From: an uncultured Eubacterium sp.
Lineage (GTDB): Bacteria; Bacillota; Clostridia; Oscillospirales; Acutalibacteraceae
DNA: 64,000 nt
Direction of reading: 5' to 3'
Assembly: GCF_934561735.1 (NCBI RefSeq)
Contig: NZ_CAKTGT010000007.1
Location: forward strand, 32,208 to 96,207
This document shows positions 17,682 to 27,196 of the stretch, piece by piece (position 1 is the first letter of the stretch; each line of letters starts with the position of its first letter). Under the pieces are notes generated by a model. It was not told the DNA's origin, searched no databases, and saw nothing but the letters and a program-made list of their open reading frames with translations. Both the position numbers and the translations under genes were made by a program.

Positions 17682-18863
17682 TTACTGTTTTTTAATTGTG
17701 TTCTTTGATTTAACAAGTTTCTTTATACTCTTTGTGTGCTGTAATGCTTTATCTTTGCCTTTTTTGCAATAGATTTTGTTGCCTTTGATTGTAACTTTGT
17801 TGAACTTTGCTTTTGACTTTAAGTTCCACATTTTAAGTCCGGCTGTGTTGCCGTAAATCTTGTTGTTGGTAATAGTCGCGTTTGCTTTTGATGCGTTGCC
17901 GCCCTTTGGCACACTGTCAAGTCCCACATACATTGCAACCGAACGATAGTCCTTGAATTTTCCTGTGGTTTTGATTGTGCACTTGTTGACATTCAAACCG
18001 AGTACATCATACATATTGAGTGCTTCGTTTGTTGATGTGATTGTGCAGCCCTGAACCTTAATATTCTTGAAAAATGTGTTGCCGACTCTGTTTGTGCCGA
18101 TGCCTCTTGCAAATTTGATTTTGCAGTTTGAAATCGTGATGTTTTCGCAAGCTGTATCATCCCACGGAGCACCTGACGGAGAATTGCTCTGCTTATATGT
18201 GTTGTCAATTTGGATAGCTTCGTTTGAGCCTTCGCCTACATATCTGCTTCCGCCCATAGCCATATTGCAGTTTTTAATTCTTGCGTTTTTAACTCCTGCC
18301 AACTCGATAAAATGTCCGTTGTAGTTGTTTTTAAATGAGCAGTTTTTGATGGTGATATTTTGAGCGTGCATAAACAAAAATGACGAGTAGCCAACATAAA
18401 ATCCGTTGTCTTTCAAGGCCTTTTCTGTGTTAGGCTCTGCTGTGCCAACCCAAGTTCCGCCGTTGATTACAACATTTTTAAGCGAGCCGTATCCGCCTGA
18501 ACCTTTTCCGTATGAACTGTTCATATGAAATCCGTTGATTAGCAAACCCTTGCCGTCTGTTTTTTGATTGAACACAGCACCGTTGGAATTGAGCGTAGTG
18601 TTGTCAAAAATCGGCAGGGAATTAGTCAATGTGTATTCGCCGGGTGCAAAATTAACAACAAGTTTGTTGCACATACTGTCTTTAAGAACTTTGCGGATTG
18701 AAATGGTGTCGTCCTCCTCACCGTTCGGTGAAATGTTAACAATTCTTGTTCCGTCATCGCTGACAGTGTCGGAATCAATTTGAGCGGCAAACACAGTTGA
18801 TGTGCCAAATGTAAAAATGAAAAATAGGCAAATTGTGATTAAAATTGAATATACTTTTTTCAT
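17682..18863 (-). CDS. Secreted right-handed parallel beta-helix (pectin-lyase-fold) protein
   Basis: Signal peptide; V.FAPGEY; repeated NITIKNC-like rungs; GHFIELAG and EAIQID motifs. Confidence 0.8.
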   Translation of the reverse strand: MKKVYSILITICLFFIFTFGTSTVFAAQIDSDTVSDDGTRIVNISPNGEEDDTISIRKVLKDSMCNKLVVNFAPGEYTLTNSLPIFDNTTLNSNGAVFNQKTDGKGLLINGFHMNSSYGKGSGGYGSLKNVVINGGTWVGTAEPNTEKALKDNGFYVGYSSFLFMHAQNITIKNCSFKNNYNGHFIELAGVKNARIKNCNMAMGGSRYVGEGSNEAIQIDNTYKQSNSPSGAPWDDTACENITISNCKIKFARGIGTNRVGNTFFKNIKVQGCTITSTNEALNMYDVLGLNVNKCTIKTTGKFKDYRSVAMYVGLDSVPKGGNASKANATITNNKIYGNTAGLKMWNLKSKAKFNKVTIKGNKIYCKKGKDKALQHTKSIKKLVKSKNTIKKQ

Positions 18864-18937
18864 TGTCTTTTCTCCTTTATATACATATATAAATATATTA
18901 CCATTTATATATAATCTTGTCTATTAGCAAAACAAAT

Positions 18938-18973
18938 AAAAAAGCACTTGAGTTTTTTACTTTCAAGTGCTTT
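18938..18973 (-). terminator. Terminator after proC
   Basis: AAAGCACTTGA...TCAAGTGCTTT stem with a T run on the minus strand. Confidence 0.75.
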
Positions 18974-18986
18974 GAGTTGATTGTTA

Positions 18987-19784
18987 TTATAATTTGCTGT
19001 CCTTTTCAACCGCTTTGTCAACGGCTTTGTGAATTGCGGAATTGAATCCGTTTTCCTGCAAAGAGGTAACAGCTTCAATAGTTGTTCCGCCCGGTGAGCA
19101 TACCTTGTCAATAAGCTCATACGGATGTTCGTCACTTTCAAGAATCATTTTGGCACTGCCGAGTACAGCCTGTGCAGAAATTTTCAATGCAACATCTTTC
19201 TTCATTCCGTTTTTAACGCCCGCTCTTGCAAGTTCGTCAATGAACATATACGCAAGTGCCGGGGTGCAACCGCCGAGAACGCCGAAAAGAGGGAAGTAGT
19301 TTTCTTCAAGATAAATGATTTTGCCGACAGCCGAAAAGATTTTTTCGGTCAAACTCTTGTCATCATCGGTCGCTTTGGCATTTGCCGTATATGCACAAAT
19401 TGCCTCGCTCACTTTTGCGTTGATGTTTGGCATTACACGGATTATTCTGTTGTCGTGAGTAAGCTGTGACGCAATGAATTCGGTGCTTTTGCCTGCGGCA
19501 ATGGATATAATCAAGGTGTCCTTGTCGCCGAGTGCTCCGTCAATTTTTTTGAGAACCGAGGAGAGCACATTCGGTTTAACAGCCAAAACTACCGTATCGC
19601 TGTTTTTTACAATTTCTTCTTCGCTGCTAAAAACATTAATGTTGTACTTCGCTTTTATGCTGTCTGTTGCAGGGGCATAAACATCAAAAACATTCACTTC
19701 TTCCGCTTTTACAGCCTTGTTGTCAATGATTCCGCAGATGATGGCACTTGCCATATTTCCGCATCCGATAAATCCGATAGACAT
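18987..19784 (-). CDS. proC: Pyrroline-5-carboxylate reductase
   Basis: GFIGCGNM, LAVKP, ISIAAG, RVMPN, VCSPGGTT. Confidence 0.96.
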   Translation of the reverse strand: MSIGFIGCGNMASAIICGIIDNKAVKAEEVNVFDVYAPATDSIKAKYNINVFSSEEEIVKNSDTVVLAVKPNVLSSVLKKIDGALGDKDTLIISIAAGKSTEFIASQLTHDNRIIRVMPNINAKVSEAICAYTANAKATDDDKSLTEKIFSAVGKIIYLEENYFPLFGVLGGCTPALAYMFIDELARAGVKNGMKKDVALKISAQAVLGSAKMILESDEHPYELIDKVCSPGGTTIEAVTSLQENGFNSAIHKAVDKAVEKDSKL

Positions 19785-19788
19785 ATTT

Positions 19789-20049
19789 TTACTTCTTTCC
19801 TTTTATTTGGCAATATTTTTTTCTCGTAGCTTCGCCGCCTCGTATGTGTCTTTGCGATTTGTTGTCTTGCAAAACAGCGTTTACCTTGTCGGCAAGCAGG
19901 GGAGAAATTTCTTCCAATCGTTTTGTAACATCCATATGTACCGTGCTTTTGCTTATGCCGAAAACTTTTGCCGTTTGCCTCACGGTTGTTTTGTTTTCTG
20001 CAATGTATTTACCAAGCTCGATGCATCGTAATTCAACATTTTTGGTCAT
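19789..20049 (-). CDS. spoIIID: Sporulation transcriptional regulator SpoIIID
   Basis: TVRQTAKVFGISKSTVH.D...RL and RHIRGGEATRKKY. Confidence 0.96.
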   Translation of the reverse strand: MTKNVELRCIELGKYIAENKTTVRQTAKVFGISKSTVHMDVTKRLEEISPLLADKVNAVLQDNKSQRHIRGGEATRKKYCQIKGKK

Positions 20050-20071
20050 ATCGATTACTCCTTCTGAGTAA

Positions 20072-20100
20072 TTAATATGACCGTGTTTTTGTTTATATTA
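20072..20100 (-). promoter_or_regulatory. sigmaE-type promoter of spoIIID
   Basis: TAATATA-14 bp-CATATTAA on the minus strand, matching the sigmaE pattern (..ATA..-14-CATA...). Confidence 0.75.
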
Positions 20101-20108
20101 CTTTGAGA

Positions 20109-20636
20109 TTATTCTTCGCTTGAATCTGTTGTGTCTTCGTCGTTCTGAGTTGAATTTACAACATCTCCGAGCAAATCTGTAAGCGTCTTGGTTTCGATTC
20201 TGTCAACTCTGTTGTATTCAACGCTTTGTGTTGCATTTGAATCCAAACCGCCTTCTTGACTTACAGACATTGAAAGAGTCTTTTTATCTACTTTAAATTT
20301 GTAAACAACAGTGCTGTCGCTTGAAGGATTTGAAAGTGTGAGTTCGTCACCTTTAACCGTGTAGTCACCCTTAAATGAGAAAGTACTGAAGTAGCTTTCG
20401 TAAGTTCCGTCCTCGTAGAATTCATATGCCGAACTTCTTGTTTCGTTTTGCCATTTGCCGATTAAAAGTTCAGGATTTGCCGAAGAAAATGCAGAACTTA
20501 CCATTTCGGCAGGATTTTTGTGCTCAACGGCACAGTAAATTCCCGTAGGAACCAAAGTCATAATCAAAATGCTCAAGATGATTACCAAAATAATTTTGGC
20601 AACACCGGATGTTTTCTTTTTACTCATATTATTCAT
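20109..20636 (-). CDS. Membrane-anchored protein with a beta-rich extracellular domain (LIGKW...YEFYEDGT)
   Basis: Single N-terminal TM followed by a lipocalin-like beta-strand pattern. Confidence 0.7.
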   Translation of the reverse strand: MNNMSKKKTSGVAKIILVIILSILIMTLVPTGIYCAVEHKNPAEMVSSAFSSANPELLIGKWQNETRSSAYEFYEDGTYESYFSTFSFKGDYTVKGDELTLSNPSSDSTVVYKFKVDKKTLSMSVSQEGGLDSNATQSVEYNRVDRIETKTLTDLLGDVVNSTQNDEDTTDSSEE

Positions 20637-20676
20637 AGCCTTTCAATAGATATTATAACGTCGGATAGTCGGATAA

Positions 20677-21852
20677 TTATTTAAGACCTTTTTTCTTAAG
20701 TAATGCGTCAATTTTATTTGAATTGTCAAGCAAAGTTGATACCGACAAGTCATGGTTGATTGTGTCAAGGAAGTATGCAAGATATTTTGAAAGTTCAACA
20801 TTCTGATACCAATCTCTTGAAAGAAGTTCAGGTGACTGATATACACCGTTTGTTGTAAATACCTTTTCAAAAATGCCGTCTTCGTGTGCTTTGTCAAAAA
20901 TTTCAAGACCGTTGCAGAAAAGACCGAATGCCGTGCAGACAAATATTCTTTTTGCTTTGAGTTCTTTAAGCTTCTTAGCAACTTCAAGCATGCTTTCGCC
21001 TGAAGAAATCATATCGTCAACAATGATGATGTCCTTGCCCTCAACGCTGTCACCGAGGTATTGATGAGCAACAATAGGATTTCTGCCGTTTACAACTCTT
21101 GTGTAATCTCTTCTCTTGTAGAACATACCGAGGTTAACACCGAGTTGTGTCGCAAAATAAATACATCTGTGCATTGCACCTTCGTCAGGGGAAATGATCA
21201 TAAGATGATCCGGATCAACGCTCAAATCGTCAACATTGTTAACAATAGCCTTAATCATCTGGTATGTAGGCATAACATTTTCAAATGATTTGTGAGGAAT
21301 TGAATTTTGAACTCTTTGGTCGTGTGCGTCAAATGTAATGATGTTTTCAACACCTAAAGTTGTGAGTTCTTGCAAAGCCATTGCACAGTCAAGTGATTCA
21401 CGGGATGAACGCTTGTGCTGTCTGCCTTCATAAAGCATAGGCATAATTACATTAATTCTCTTTGCTTTGCTTGAAGCAGCTGAGATTACTCTCTTTAAAT
21501 CCGAAAAATGGTCGTCCGGTGACTTCGGAACGTCCATTCCGTACATATTGTATTTTACGCTGTAATTGAAACAGTCAACAACAATGTAAAGGTCGTAGCC
21601 TCTGATTGTGTCGTTTATTACAGCCTTACCTTCGCCCGAACCGAATCTTGCGATTGTTGTGTCAATAAGGTAAGTATCTCTTTGGTAGCCGTAAAAAGCA
21701 ATGTTTTCTTTGTGAGCGGCTGCTTGTTCTGCTCTCCATTTTACAAGGTAATTATCAATCTTTGCGGCAAGTGCTTCCGTGCCCGGCAAAGCGATAATAC
21801 CCAACGGACCGTAAGGGATTGTTTGTACTTCTTCTGCTGTGATTCTTGGCAT
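20677..21852 (-). CDS. prs: Ribose-phosphate pyrophosphokinase (long clostridial type)
   Basis: RFGSGEG, MLYEGRQH, ISPDEG, IIVDDMISSGES. Confidence 0.95.
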   Translation of the reverse strand: MPRITAEEVQTIPYGPLGIIALPGTEALAAKIDNYLVKWRAEQAAAHKENIAFYGYQRDTYLIDTTIARFGSGEGKAVINDTIRGYDLYIVVDCFNYSVKYNMYGMDVPKSPDDHFSDLKRVISAASSKAKRINVIMPMLYEGRQHKRSSRESLDCAMALQELTTLGVENIITFDAHDQRVQNSIPHKSFENVMPTYQMIKAIVNNVDDLSVDPDHLMIISPDEGAMHRCIYFATQLGVNLGMFYKRRDYTRVVNGRNPIVAHQYLGDSVEGKDIIIVDDMISSGESMLEVAKKLKELKAKRIFVCTAFGLFCNGLEIFDKAHEDGIFEKVFTTNGVYQSPELLSRDWYQNVELSKYLAYFLDTINHDLSVSTLLDNSNKIDALLKKKGLK

Positions 21853-21992
21853 TTTAAAAATACTCCTCTCAATTTATGCTTACATTTTACAACATATTGC
21901 ACCAAAAATAAACACTTAATATAATTTTTTAATATAAATATTTATCTTGAGGCACAATGAATTTTTATATATAATCAACAAATTACGCTGAA

Positions 21993-24900
21993 TTATGACT
22001 TCTTAGGAATTACTTTGGCTTTTTTAATTCTTCTAAGCAATCCGTAACCGAATATACCTACCCAGCCGCAAGCCGATATTGTTAAGCCGTATGCAAGACT
22101 CTTAGGAGAATAAATTATTTTAACATCGTGTTTGCCGTGCTTGATTGCGGTTGCGAGTTGACAATCTCCTATGTCAAATGTTTTTACCTTTTGACCGTCG
22201 ATATAAACGCTCCATCCCTCATCGTACGGAATGGATGTGTATAAATATCCGTCATATCCTGCATTGATTGTTCCTTCAATTTTTGTGTCGCTGTGCTTTG
22301 TTACTTCTAATTGACCGAGTGAGAGCATTTCGTATGCCGATTGAAGTACCGTGTCATCAATGTTGTAGGCGTAAATGCTGAATGACGCACTGCCTGAAGT
22401 AACTCCGTTGAGGTCAATTGCCGCCTTTATTTCATCACCTGCATTATGATAGCCGAGGTCAAGAATATACGGCTCTGTAATGCTTTGATATGTGGTATTT
22501 ATTCCTTCGTTCCAATAGTAGTTGACATTTTCTATTTCGCTTGAGTCAATATAAACATAAACATTTCCGTTTTTAACCGATTTAAAGGTTATGTCAACGC
22601 TTCCGCCCGAGTTTTCCTCGATTGAATCAACAAAGTATGTTCCGTTTTCGGTTACATCCTCGCATACTGAACTGTAACTGTTTGTTTGAGTGTATTCAAC
22701 GGGAACAAAAACATTGCTCACACCTGTTGCTTTGTCAATCAAATCCTCCTGAACATCAAACGGATTGCCCTCGCTGTTGTCCCAATCTCCTACCGTTTTT
22801 GAAGTAACGAATGCAATAGGAAGCGAATATTTGTTTTGATAAATCGGAGTTTTGTCTTTGTCTTTGGTTGTGTAGATTTTTTCGTAATAATTTTCCGACA
22901 AATCCAAACTGCTTGAATCTTTAATTAAATATTTAATGCCGTACATCATATTGTACACGGGTGTTTGAGTGTTGTATGTGTACGAGTTTATTCTGTTGCC
23001 GAACATACCGAGGCTGTACTGACTTTGGCTGTAATCCTCGTATGCCATTGATGAAAATACCGACATACCGTTGTAGTTGTACATGCACGGGTCCATACGG
23101 GTGTTAAGATATGTCAGTTCTGTTCTGTAAAAGCCGTTGTCCTTTTCTTTCAAATAATTTACGGCTTCACTCATTGTGTCCATTTTTTCAACATACGGCG
23201 TCTGCTCTTGGGTGAAAAGGTAGGACTTGCTGTCCGAAACTATTACTTCGCAAAATGTCATACACGCTATTGTAATTCCGATAACGAATTTTGAAAAGTT
23301 TTCTTTCTTTATCACAAGCAAAACAAGAGTCCATACCATTATGAAAATAAGTGAGGCATAGATTGTAAATCCGCTTATTTTGTTTGTCGGATTCTTTTGG
23401 TAGTAAAGCACCAAAAACATAAGCAGTATGCCTGTTGCCATAATATCCCTGTATTCAATTCCTTTAAATTTCATTAAGCATCTGAATGTCATAATTAAAA
23501 GAATAAATACATAAAGGAAAGAATATCTAAACGGCAGATCGTTCGGCAAATGCATTGCATGCCACATAAAGTCGAGAATGTTGCAGTCAAAGCTTACAAT
23601 AAAGAATATAAGCATAACAATATAAGCAGCCTTTTCTTTAAGTCCGATTTTTCTGTTGATAAGGTACAAAGGCAAAAGTATTGTCGGCAAAATACCGCAG
23701 TAAATATTAGGCAATACATCATCGCCCGATGAACGGATAGTGGTTTCAAGTCCTGCAAGGTGAGAGGAAAGCATATCAATCAGGTTAAAGTTTTGCTCAA
23801 CCGTTGACGGAAAGCTGTCCGAAGTTGCAGAACAGGATTGAAGTATAAAATAAACCGGAATCAAAAAGCACGCACAAAGCACGCCTACAAACAGCGAGCT
23901 CAAGCCGAATTTAACCACACTGTTTGCAAATCTGTTGTTAAAAAATGTTTTTAACGGCTTTTGCTTTTCGCTGTAAATGTTGATTTTGTCCGAGAATTCT
24001 TTGTTTGCAATGTAATATACAAAGAAATATATAACCGAAAAAATACATGTCATATATCCGATGTAGTAACTGCTGAAAAGTAAAATCGAAAGCGATAGAA
24101 TGTATGTTTTGCACTTTCCTTCGTTGATGATTTTTTCAATACCGAGTGCAACAAGCGGAAGCCAAATCATTCCGTCAATCCACATAATATTCCAGTAATA
24201 TGCAAGAAAATATCCTGAAAAAGCATAAAACACACCGAAACAAGCGGAAGCATAAGAATGAGTGTTAAAGCTTTTTTTCAAAAAATATGTGAAAGTTCCG
24301 GCAGATAAAACACCTTTTACAATTACAAGGGTTGTAATTGCGTAGCCGACTTGATTTCTGTCAAAAAGGAATATCAAAAACGAAATCGGGCTTGAAAGAT
24401 AGTTGAAATAGTTGCCCAAAAAGCTTGAACCGCCGCCCGATTCCCATGAATAAAGAAAGCTCTTGAAATGTGTTACTCTGTCATAAAATTCAACGAAAAG
24501 CGGACCGTACTGATGGTACAAATCCATTCTCAACACCGTGGTGTCACCAAACGGGAACAACTTGAATATCATAAATACAAACAGTATTCCGATAAGTGCC
24601 AAACTCATTGAAAATAATATAAATCGGTTTGAAAAAAAGTATTTATAAAGTTTGCCATCTCTGTTTGACTGTGCCTTTTCGGCGTTGTCAAATACAATCA
24701 GCTTGTCAAAATAAAAATTAAAAACAAATATCAGAATTGCAGAAAATATATAAACCAACATTTTGCTCAGTCCAAGCATATCGTTGAGAGTAAAATCAAG
24801 AATTTTGAAAAAACCTAAATCAACCGCACATCTGAAGATATAAGCTAATATTTGCCTTATTTTGCTTGACTTTATGCTTCTTGAAAAAACAAATTTTTTT

Positions 24901-25100
24901 TCGCAAAAAAATAAACCAAGCATTACCGCAATAAAAGAAACAGGCAGGGCAATTCCCGCATTTATTCCAATTCCTTTAAGCAGTTGCTTGATTATCAACA
25001 GAATAACAAATCCAATACAGTATAAAAAGCCGAATGATACGGTTTGAGCGTTAAAATATTTGTTTGTTTTTATTATATTTCCGGATTTAGTAATGTCCAT
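21993..25100 (-). CDS. YfhO-family (GT-C) membrane glycosyltransferase with an N-terminal GtrA-like domain
   Basis: FPFGD...DLYHQY, NYLSSP, NIMWIDG, PFRYSF, TSIPYDEGW; the first ~140 aa carry 4 TM with KKFVF and NFYFDKLIVF motifs. Confidence 0.88.
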   Translation of the reverse strand: MDITKSGNIIKTNKYFNAQTVSFGFLYCIGFVILLIIKQLLKGIGINAGIALPVSFIAVMLGLFFCEKKFVFSRSIKSSKIRQILAYIFRCAVDLGFFKILDFTLNDMLGLSKMLVYIFSAILIFVFNFYFDKLIVFDNAEKAQSNRDGKLYKYFFSNRFILFSMSLALIGILFVFMIFKLFPFGDTTVLRMDLYHQYGPLFVEFYDRVTHFKSFLYSWESGGGSSFLGNYFNYLSSPISFLIFLFDRNQVGYAITTLVIVKGVLSAGTFTYFLKKSFNTHSYASACFGVFYAFSGYFLAYYWNIMWIDGMIWLPLVALGIEKIINEGKCKTYILSLSILLFSSYYIGYMTCIFSVIYFFVYYIANKEFSDKINIYSEKQKPLKTFFNNRFANSVVKFGLSSLFVGVLCACFLIPVYFILQSCSATSDSFPSTVEQNFNLIDMLSSHLAGLETTIRSSGDDVLPNIYCGILPTILLPLYLINRKIGLKEKAAYIVMLIFFIVSFDCNILDFMWHAMHLPNDLPFRYSFLYVFILLIMTFRCLMKFKGIEYRDIMATGILLMFLVLYYQKNPTNKISGFTIYASLIFIMVWTLVLLVIKKENFSKFVIGITIACMTFCEVIVSDSKSYLFTQEQTPYVEKMDTMSEAVNYLKEKDNGFYRTELTYLNTRMDPCMYNYNGMSVFSSMAYEDYSQSQYSLGMFGNRINSYTYNTQTPVYNMMYGIKYLIKDSSSLDLSENYYEKIYTTKDKDKTPIYQNKYSLPIAFVTSKTVGDWDNSEGNPFDVQEDLIDKATGVSNVFVPVEYTQTNSYSSVCEDVTENGTYFVDSIEENSGGSVDITFKSVKNGNVYVYIDSSEIENVNYYWNEGINTTYQSITEPYILDLGYHNAGDEIKAAIDLNGVTSGSASFSIYAYNIDDTVLQSAYEMLSLGQLEVTKHSDTKIEGTINAGYDGYLYTSIPYDEGWSVYIDGQKVKTFDIGDCQLATAIKHGKHDVKIIYSPKSLAYGLTISACGWVGIFGYGLLRRIKKAKVIPKKS

Positions 25101-25185
25101 AAAGCACCTAAATTAAATATTTTTTTATTATATTAACATATTAAAAAGCGTTCTTCAATCGTTTTTTGTATTTTTAACTTCTTTG

Positions 25186-25214
25186 TAATAATTTTTATCA
25201 TTTGCACATAGTTT
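25186..25214 (+). promoter_or_regulatory. sigmaE-type promoter of the spoIIIA operon
   Basis: TAATAAT-14 bp-CATAGTTT. Confidence 0.75.
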
Positions 25215-25229
25215 TATGTGGGTGATGAT

Positions 25230-26228
25230 GTGAAAGTTTATGATTATGTAAAAAAATATTTGTCGTCGAGTGTCGTAAATGCACTTGATAATCTTTCTGC
25301 TTCACAGCAGAATGCTTTGACGGAAATTCGTATAAGACGCAATATGCCTGTTGTGTTTGTAATTAATAACGGGACAAGGTTTGTTGATTCTTCGGGCAGT
25401 CTTAGCATTTCACTCTCTGAAAATACTCTGACGGTTTCTTCTGCCGAATTTAATGAGATGTTTAACAGATTGTGTTCGTATTCGATTTACAGCAATATGA
25501 ATAATCTTAAAAACGGATACATAACACTTGAAAACGGTTCTCGTGTGGGCGTGTGCTCAACAGCCGTATATGAGGATGACAGTCTTGTTTCGGTTAAAGA
25601 CATATCTTCGGTTAATATTCGTATACCCAGGCAAGCCGTGGGTTGCAGCAGGGAAGTATTGAACAAGGTTTTTGCCGACGGTGTTTGCAGTGTAATAGTT
25701 GCAGGTAAGCCATCAGGGGGCAAAACAACTCTGCTTCGTGATATGGCAAAGGAAATATCCGACGGATTTAATAATGAATATAAAAAGGTTGTTATTGTTG
25801 ACGAACGCAACGAGCTTGCCGGTAAGGTAGGCAATGAATTTACTCTTAAAATCGGAGCCAATGCCGATGTTATCACCGGGATTAATAAGGCAAAGGGCAT
25901 AGAAAATGCAATTCGTACAATGTCGCCCGATGTTATCGTTTGTGACGAAATCGCAACCCAAAAGGAACTTGACAAAATTCGTTTCGGCTTTTCCTGCGGA
26001 GTAAGATTTATGTTGTCCGTTCATATCGGCAAAAAACAGGATTTGTACACAAAACCTTTTATATCTGATTTGCTTTCAACAGGTGAATTTGAAAAAATCA
26101 TTCTGCTTGACGATAATTATTCGGCAAAAATTCTTGACGCACGGGAGATATTCAATGAAATTCGCAGGTGCAGTAATAATAATTCTTTCGTCATTGATGA
26201 CGGGAATATATATGGCCGAAAACATTAA
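25230..26228 (+). CDS. spoIIIAA: Stage III sporulation ATPase SpoIIIAA
   Basis: EIRIR, GYITL.NG.RVG, GKPSGGKTTLLRD, IVDERNE, IRTMSPDVIVCDEI; GTG start after GGGTGA. Confidence 0.93.
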   Translation: MKVYDYVKKYLSSSVVNALDNLSASQQNALTEIRIRRNMPVVFVINNGTRFVDSSGSLSISLSENTLTVSSAEFNEMFNRLCSYSIYSNMNNLKNGYITLENGSRVGVCSTAVYEDDSLVSVKDISSVNIRIPRQAVGCSREVLNKVFADGVCSVIVAGKPSGGKTTLLRDMAKEISDGFNNEYKKVVIVDERNELAGKVGNEFTLKIGANADVITGINKAKGIENAIRTMSPDVIVCDEIATQKELDKIRFGFSCGVRFMLSVHIGKKQDLYTKPFISDLLSTGEFEKIILLDDNYSAKILDAREIFNEIRRCSNNNSFVIDDGNIYGRKH

Positions 26229-26607
26229 AGCCAAAATCAAGGTTTGCCGTGAACTCGTTGACCTTGCAAATTATATTTTGCCCGAAATCAAACTGAAGCA
26301 AACCTATGCTTTTGATTTGTTTGAGTCGTCAAAGTTTAAAAATCTCGATTATGTCGGACAACATATGCTCATTTTTGAACAGTCTGCCAAAACGCCGCTG
26401 TCGCAGGAAGAAAATAGGGCAATAGGCAGTTTTTTCTATTCGCTCGGCAAGTATGATGTAGATAATCAAATAAAACAAATCGAATTTTTTAAGGAATATA
26501 TGTCGTCTTCCTTGCGTAAATATGAAGAGATGTATAAGTCAAAGGCAAAAATATATTTGAGCCTCGGATTTTCGATTGGAATTGTAATTACTTTAGTTTT
26601 GATTTAG
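26155..26607 (+). CDS. spoIIIAB: Stage III sporulation protein AB
   Basis: Operon position; N- and C-terminal TM; LGKYD...Q motif. Confidence 0.8.
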   Translation: MKFAGAVIIILSSLMTGIYMAENIKAKIKVCRELVDLANYILPEIKLKQTYAFDLFESSKFKNLDYVGQHMLIFEQSAKTPLSQEENRAIGSFFYSLGKYDVDNQIKQIEFFKEYMSSSLRKYEEMYKSKAKIYLSLGFSIGIVITLVLI

Positions 26608-26618
26608 AGGTGTAAAAA

Positions 26619-26813
26619 ATGGAAGTCAATTTTATATTCAAAATTGCGGCAATCGGTATAATTGTCGCCGTGCTCAATACTTTGTTGGTGCGTTCCGGGC
26701 GTGATGACCAGGCTATGCTTACAACCCTTGCAGGGGTTATCGTGGTGCTTATGATGCTTATACCGCAGATAAAAGAACTTTTTTCAACCGTTAAATCTCT
26801 TTTTAATTTGTAG
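26619..26813 (+). CDS. spoIIIAC: Stage III sporulation protein AC
   Basis: IFKIAAIGIIVAVL...SGRDDQA..TTLAG. Confidence 0.95.
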   Translation: MEVNFIFKIAAIGIIVAVLNTLLVRSGRDDQAMLTTLAGVIVVLMMLIPQIKELFSTVKSLFNL

Positions 26814-26815
26814 TT

Positions 26816-27196
26816 ATGGCAAAGGTACTCGGAATATCGTTTTGCGTTTTGATGTGCAGTCTTGTTGTCAGGGAGCATAACAAAAGCTTTGCTTTCATCC
26901 TTTCCGTAGCAGGCGGCATACTTTCGTTTCTTACAATATCGGACAAGGTCGGCGAACTTTTTTCTTCTCTTATGAGCCTTTCTGCCTCTGTACCGTCAGG
27001 CGTTATGTATGTAAAACTTATGCTCAAGGTTCTTTGTATTGTCATCATTACGCAGTTTACGGTTGATATATGCAGAGATAACGGCGAAAATGCACTCGCC
27101 TCGTTCACCGAGGTGTCGGCAAAGGTGCTCGTTTTGTCGCTTGTTATGCCTCTTTTTGAAACGGTAATTTCTATGGTTGTGGGACTTGTTAAATGA
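26816..27196 (+). CDS. spoIIIAD: Stage III sporulation protein AD
   Basis: LK.L.I..ITQF..DICRD.GE.ALAS motif. Confidence 0.9.
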   Translation: MAKVLGISFCVLMCSLVVREHNKSFAFILSVAGGILSFLTISDKVGELFSSLMSLSASVPSGVMYVKLMLKVLCIVIITQFTVDICRDNGENALASFTEVSAKVLVLSLVMPLFETVISMVVGLVK

